From the NCBI RefSeq assembly GCF_018350175.1, contig NC_058382.1, positions 56,670,001 to 56,734,000 of the forward strand: a DNA stretch of 64,000 bases. Direction: 5' to 3'. The translations under genes were made by a program, and so were the position numbers. Below are positions 62,019 through 64,000 of the stretch, piece by piece. The notes below the pieces were generated by a model that saw only the letters and a list, made by a program, of their open reading frames with translations, did no database searches and was not told the DNA's origin. Position 1 is the first letter of the stretch; each line of letters begins with the position of its first letter. The DNA comes from Felis catus (Eukaryota).

Positions 62019-62603
62019 TTTTCTACAAGCCATAAGAACACAGGAACGATAATACCCTTTCTTCCAGCACGTTCCACCCAGGGCCTAGCAAGTGGCTTGG
62101 CACGCAGTAGGTTTTTAAGAAGTATCATTTGAATCCGTTAATATTCCTCCCATGAGGCAATGTGGCCTGCATGAGAGACTTCAGTCTTTTTGTGATGCTC
62201 TTAGAGACTTGACATGGGACTTTTCATTCAGCAGGCACTCAGTAAATGCTGGGTGAGTGACTATAGCTGCCAGTGCTCATTAAAAATATCAAAAGAAACT
62301 TACTGAGTCCTCACCCTTTCATTCTACCTATGGAGCCAAATGACAGAATACTTATTAAACGGCATGGCCCCTTTAATGGGAAATTAACAATCTACAAAAC
62401 ATTGTGGGCTGGTAGCAGGAGTTCAGTGAGCTAACTGGCTATGGTAGCATGTTGGTTGCCCTGACTTGGTTCCCCAGTGGGAATTAATCTCTATTTAGCA
62501 AGAGCTGTGAACTCTTTAAGGGGAGCTCCGCTCCCTCTTGGAATCCTAGGAACCTCTGGCTTGGTCTTCAGCTTTAGAAATCCCTGGTAATTTTCACCTA
62601 AGT

Positions 62604-62805
62604 CGGTGCTTCTTAATTGGGGAGGGGGGAGATGTGCCCCTGGGGAAAATCTGGCAGTGTCCAGCGACATTTTTGATTGTCACAGCTCAGAAGGTGCTGG
62701 CCTCAAGTATACAGGTGCCCCGCATCCCACGATGCATAGGATGGCCCCGCCACAAAGAACGATCCGGCTCCCGGATGTTAAGGATGCCAAAGTAGAAAAG
62801 CCCTA
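62604..62805 (+). mobile_element. MER20-like hAT-Charlie MITE
   Basis: tgcccctggggaaaatctggcagtgtccagcgacatttttgattgtcacagct...catcccacgatgcataggatggccccgccacaaagaacgatccggc. Confidence 0.85.
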
Positions 62806-63064
62806 ACCCAAGCAAAGATCAAATGGACACGAAGTTGCCTCAGTGGTCAAGACCATGATTTCTGAACCACCCCATCAAGGGCGTTTGATGTGGCTAATGG
62901 CAAGAGCGCCAGGTAGAACACGGCTTCATCATTTAGTTTCTGGCTCTTTTGGAGCAGAGTTGGATCTGTCCTGGATGACGACAGAGACCGTTAGATCACT
63001 ACTGCAGTGTGGAAAAAGAACTGCATTGAGTGGTTTCTAGATGTCAGGCACTATGCCACGTACT

Positions 63065-63136
63065 TTGCACACATCCTCTCACTGAATGTGAGATGTCTCT
63101 TTGCACACATCTTCTCAGTGAATGTGAGATGTCTCT
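63065..63136. repeat. 36-bp tandem duplication inside a MIR
   Basis: ttgcacacatcctctcactgaatgtgagatgtctct / ttgcacacatcttctcagtgaatgtgagatgtctct, 34/36 identical. Confidence 0.92.
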
Positions 63137-64000
63137 ACTCACAGTATCTCTGAGGTGGGAACTATGAGGATCCGAAAGCCCCAGCTTTGAGACTGAATAG
63201 CTAACCCAGAGGTCACATGGGGCTGAGTGGTAAAGTCCTGTATCTCACTCTTTAGGACTCCTGGGTCTGTATTTTTAAGCCCTGTGAATCCTTGGTTTCA
63301 AATCCCTGCTCTGCTACTTACTCCTTGGAGGGTCTCTGGCATGGATTTACTTCACTGCCTTTGTTTCTTCATCTACAAAATGAGGATAAATAATAGTTCA
63401 GAGGGTTTTCTACTTGGTTTAAAGTGTGTGTAAAATGCCTTTGACAATGCCTGGCCCCAGTATGAGTACAATATATGTTAGTTCTTCTTTCCGCTTACCA
63501 GCCATTATGTGCAGATATTAAGAGAAATTTGTCAGTATGATACAGAATTCTCTTAGTTGATGGGACTTTCCCTAAATTAACCAGGAGACTCCATTTACTG
63601 GAAACATAGTTAATGATGAAGCTTTTATTCTGTTCACCTCCTTTAGGGAGGACTTAAAAATAGCTCACAAACTCACTGTTAGAAACCCAATCGGGACTTA
63701 ATTAGTCCTAGCCCTTCTTCTACCTAAGTTGTTCAATGTTAAATCCCAGATGACCCTGGGTGGAGAGATGTGGAAACCTCCCAAGCACAGTTCAATATGC
63801 TCAGTGTCAAAGAAGACTTTCCAATAAGAGTTGGGGGGGGGGGTGCGGTTAAGGATTTCTGATGTCAACAAAGAAGAAAAAAATATTTTTGTGGATGTGC
63901 TAAATTAGATGCTTGCAATTTGTGTCCCTCTCTCCTGGGAACGATTCATTAATTTTCTCTACAGCCAGCCTCATTCTATCAGGCCACCAGAGGGGGGATT

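Noticed and set aside
492..63433. The many 60-190 aa ORFs in the six-frame track
   Set aside because: Except for the CDH13 exon and the L1 ORF2 remnant, they are chance frames. Many use GTG/TTG starts or translate SINEs (AWVAQSVKRPTSAQVMI motifs) and microsatellites (HTHT, ISSHL runs).
1..64000. A novel multi-gene or prokaryote-style system (operon, defence island, CRISPR-Cas)
   Set aside because: The sequence is repeat-rich carnivore intron with one cadherin exon. No ORF cluster has recognisable protein character.

Overview
This is mammalian nuclear DNA, almost certainly from a felid: it carries young Felidae-type Can-SINEs (SINEC_Fc-like) and the 3' end of a cat-type L1. The whole 64 kb lies inside the very large cadherin-13 (CDH13, T-cadherin) gene on the + strand. 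The only coding piece is one 179-bp exon at 13120-13298, matching human exon 7 and part of extracellular cadherin repeat 2. The rest is intron, filled with about 25 Can-SINEs, L1/L2/MIR fragments, MaLR/ERV1/ERVL solo LTRs, hAT MITEs (MER20, MER5, MER58, MER81) and microsatellites. Almost all listed ORFs are spurious. I see no evidence of a new multi-gene system. The best leads are at RNA and repeat level: (1) inverted SINEs bracket the exon, a circRNA/A-to-I editing layout, and the hypothetical circle holds a 59-codon ORF with overlapping stop/start; (2) a (TTTTA)9-(TTTCA)10-(TCTCA)10 stepwise repeat in a SINE tail resembles human FAME/SCA37 loci; (3) a strong competing 3' splice site lies 190 nt upstream of the real C-rich acceptor; (4) several repeats are nested or rearranged in informative ways. 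Repeat subfamily names come from remembered consensus sequences, not a database search, and old-repeat boundaries are approximate.
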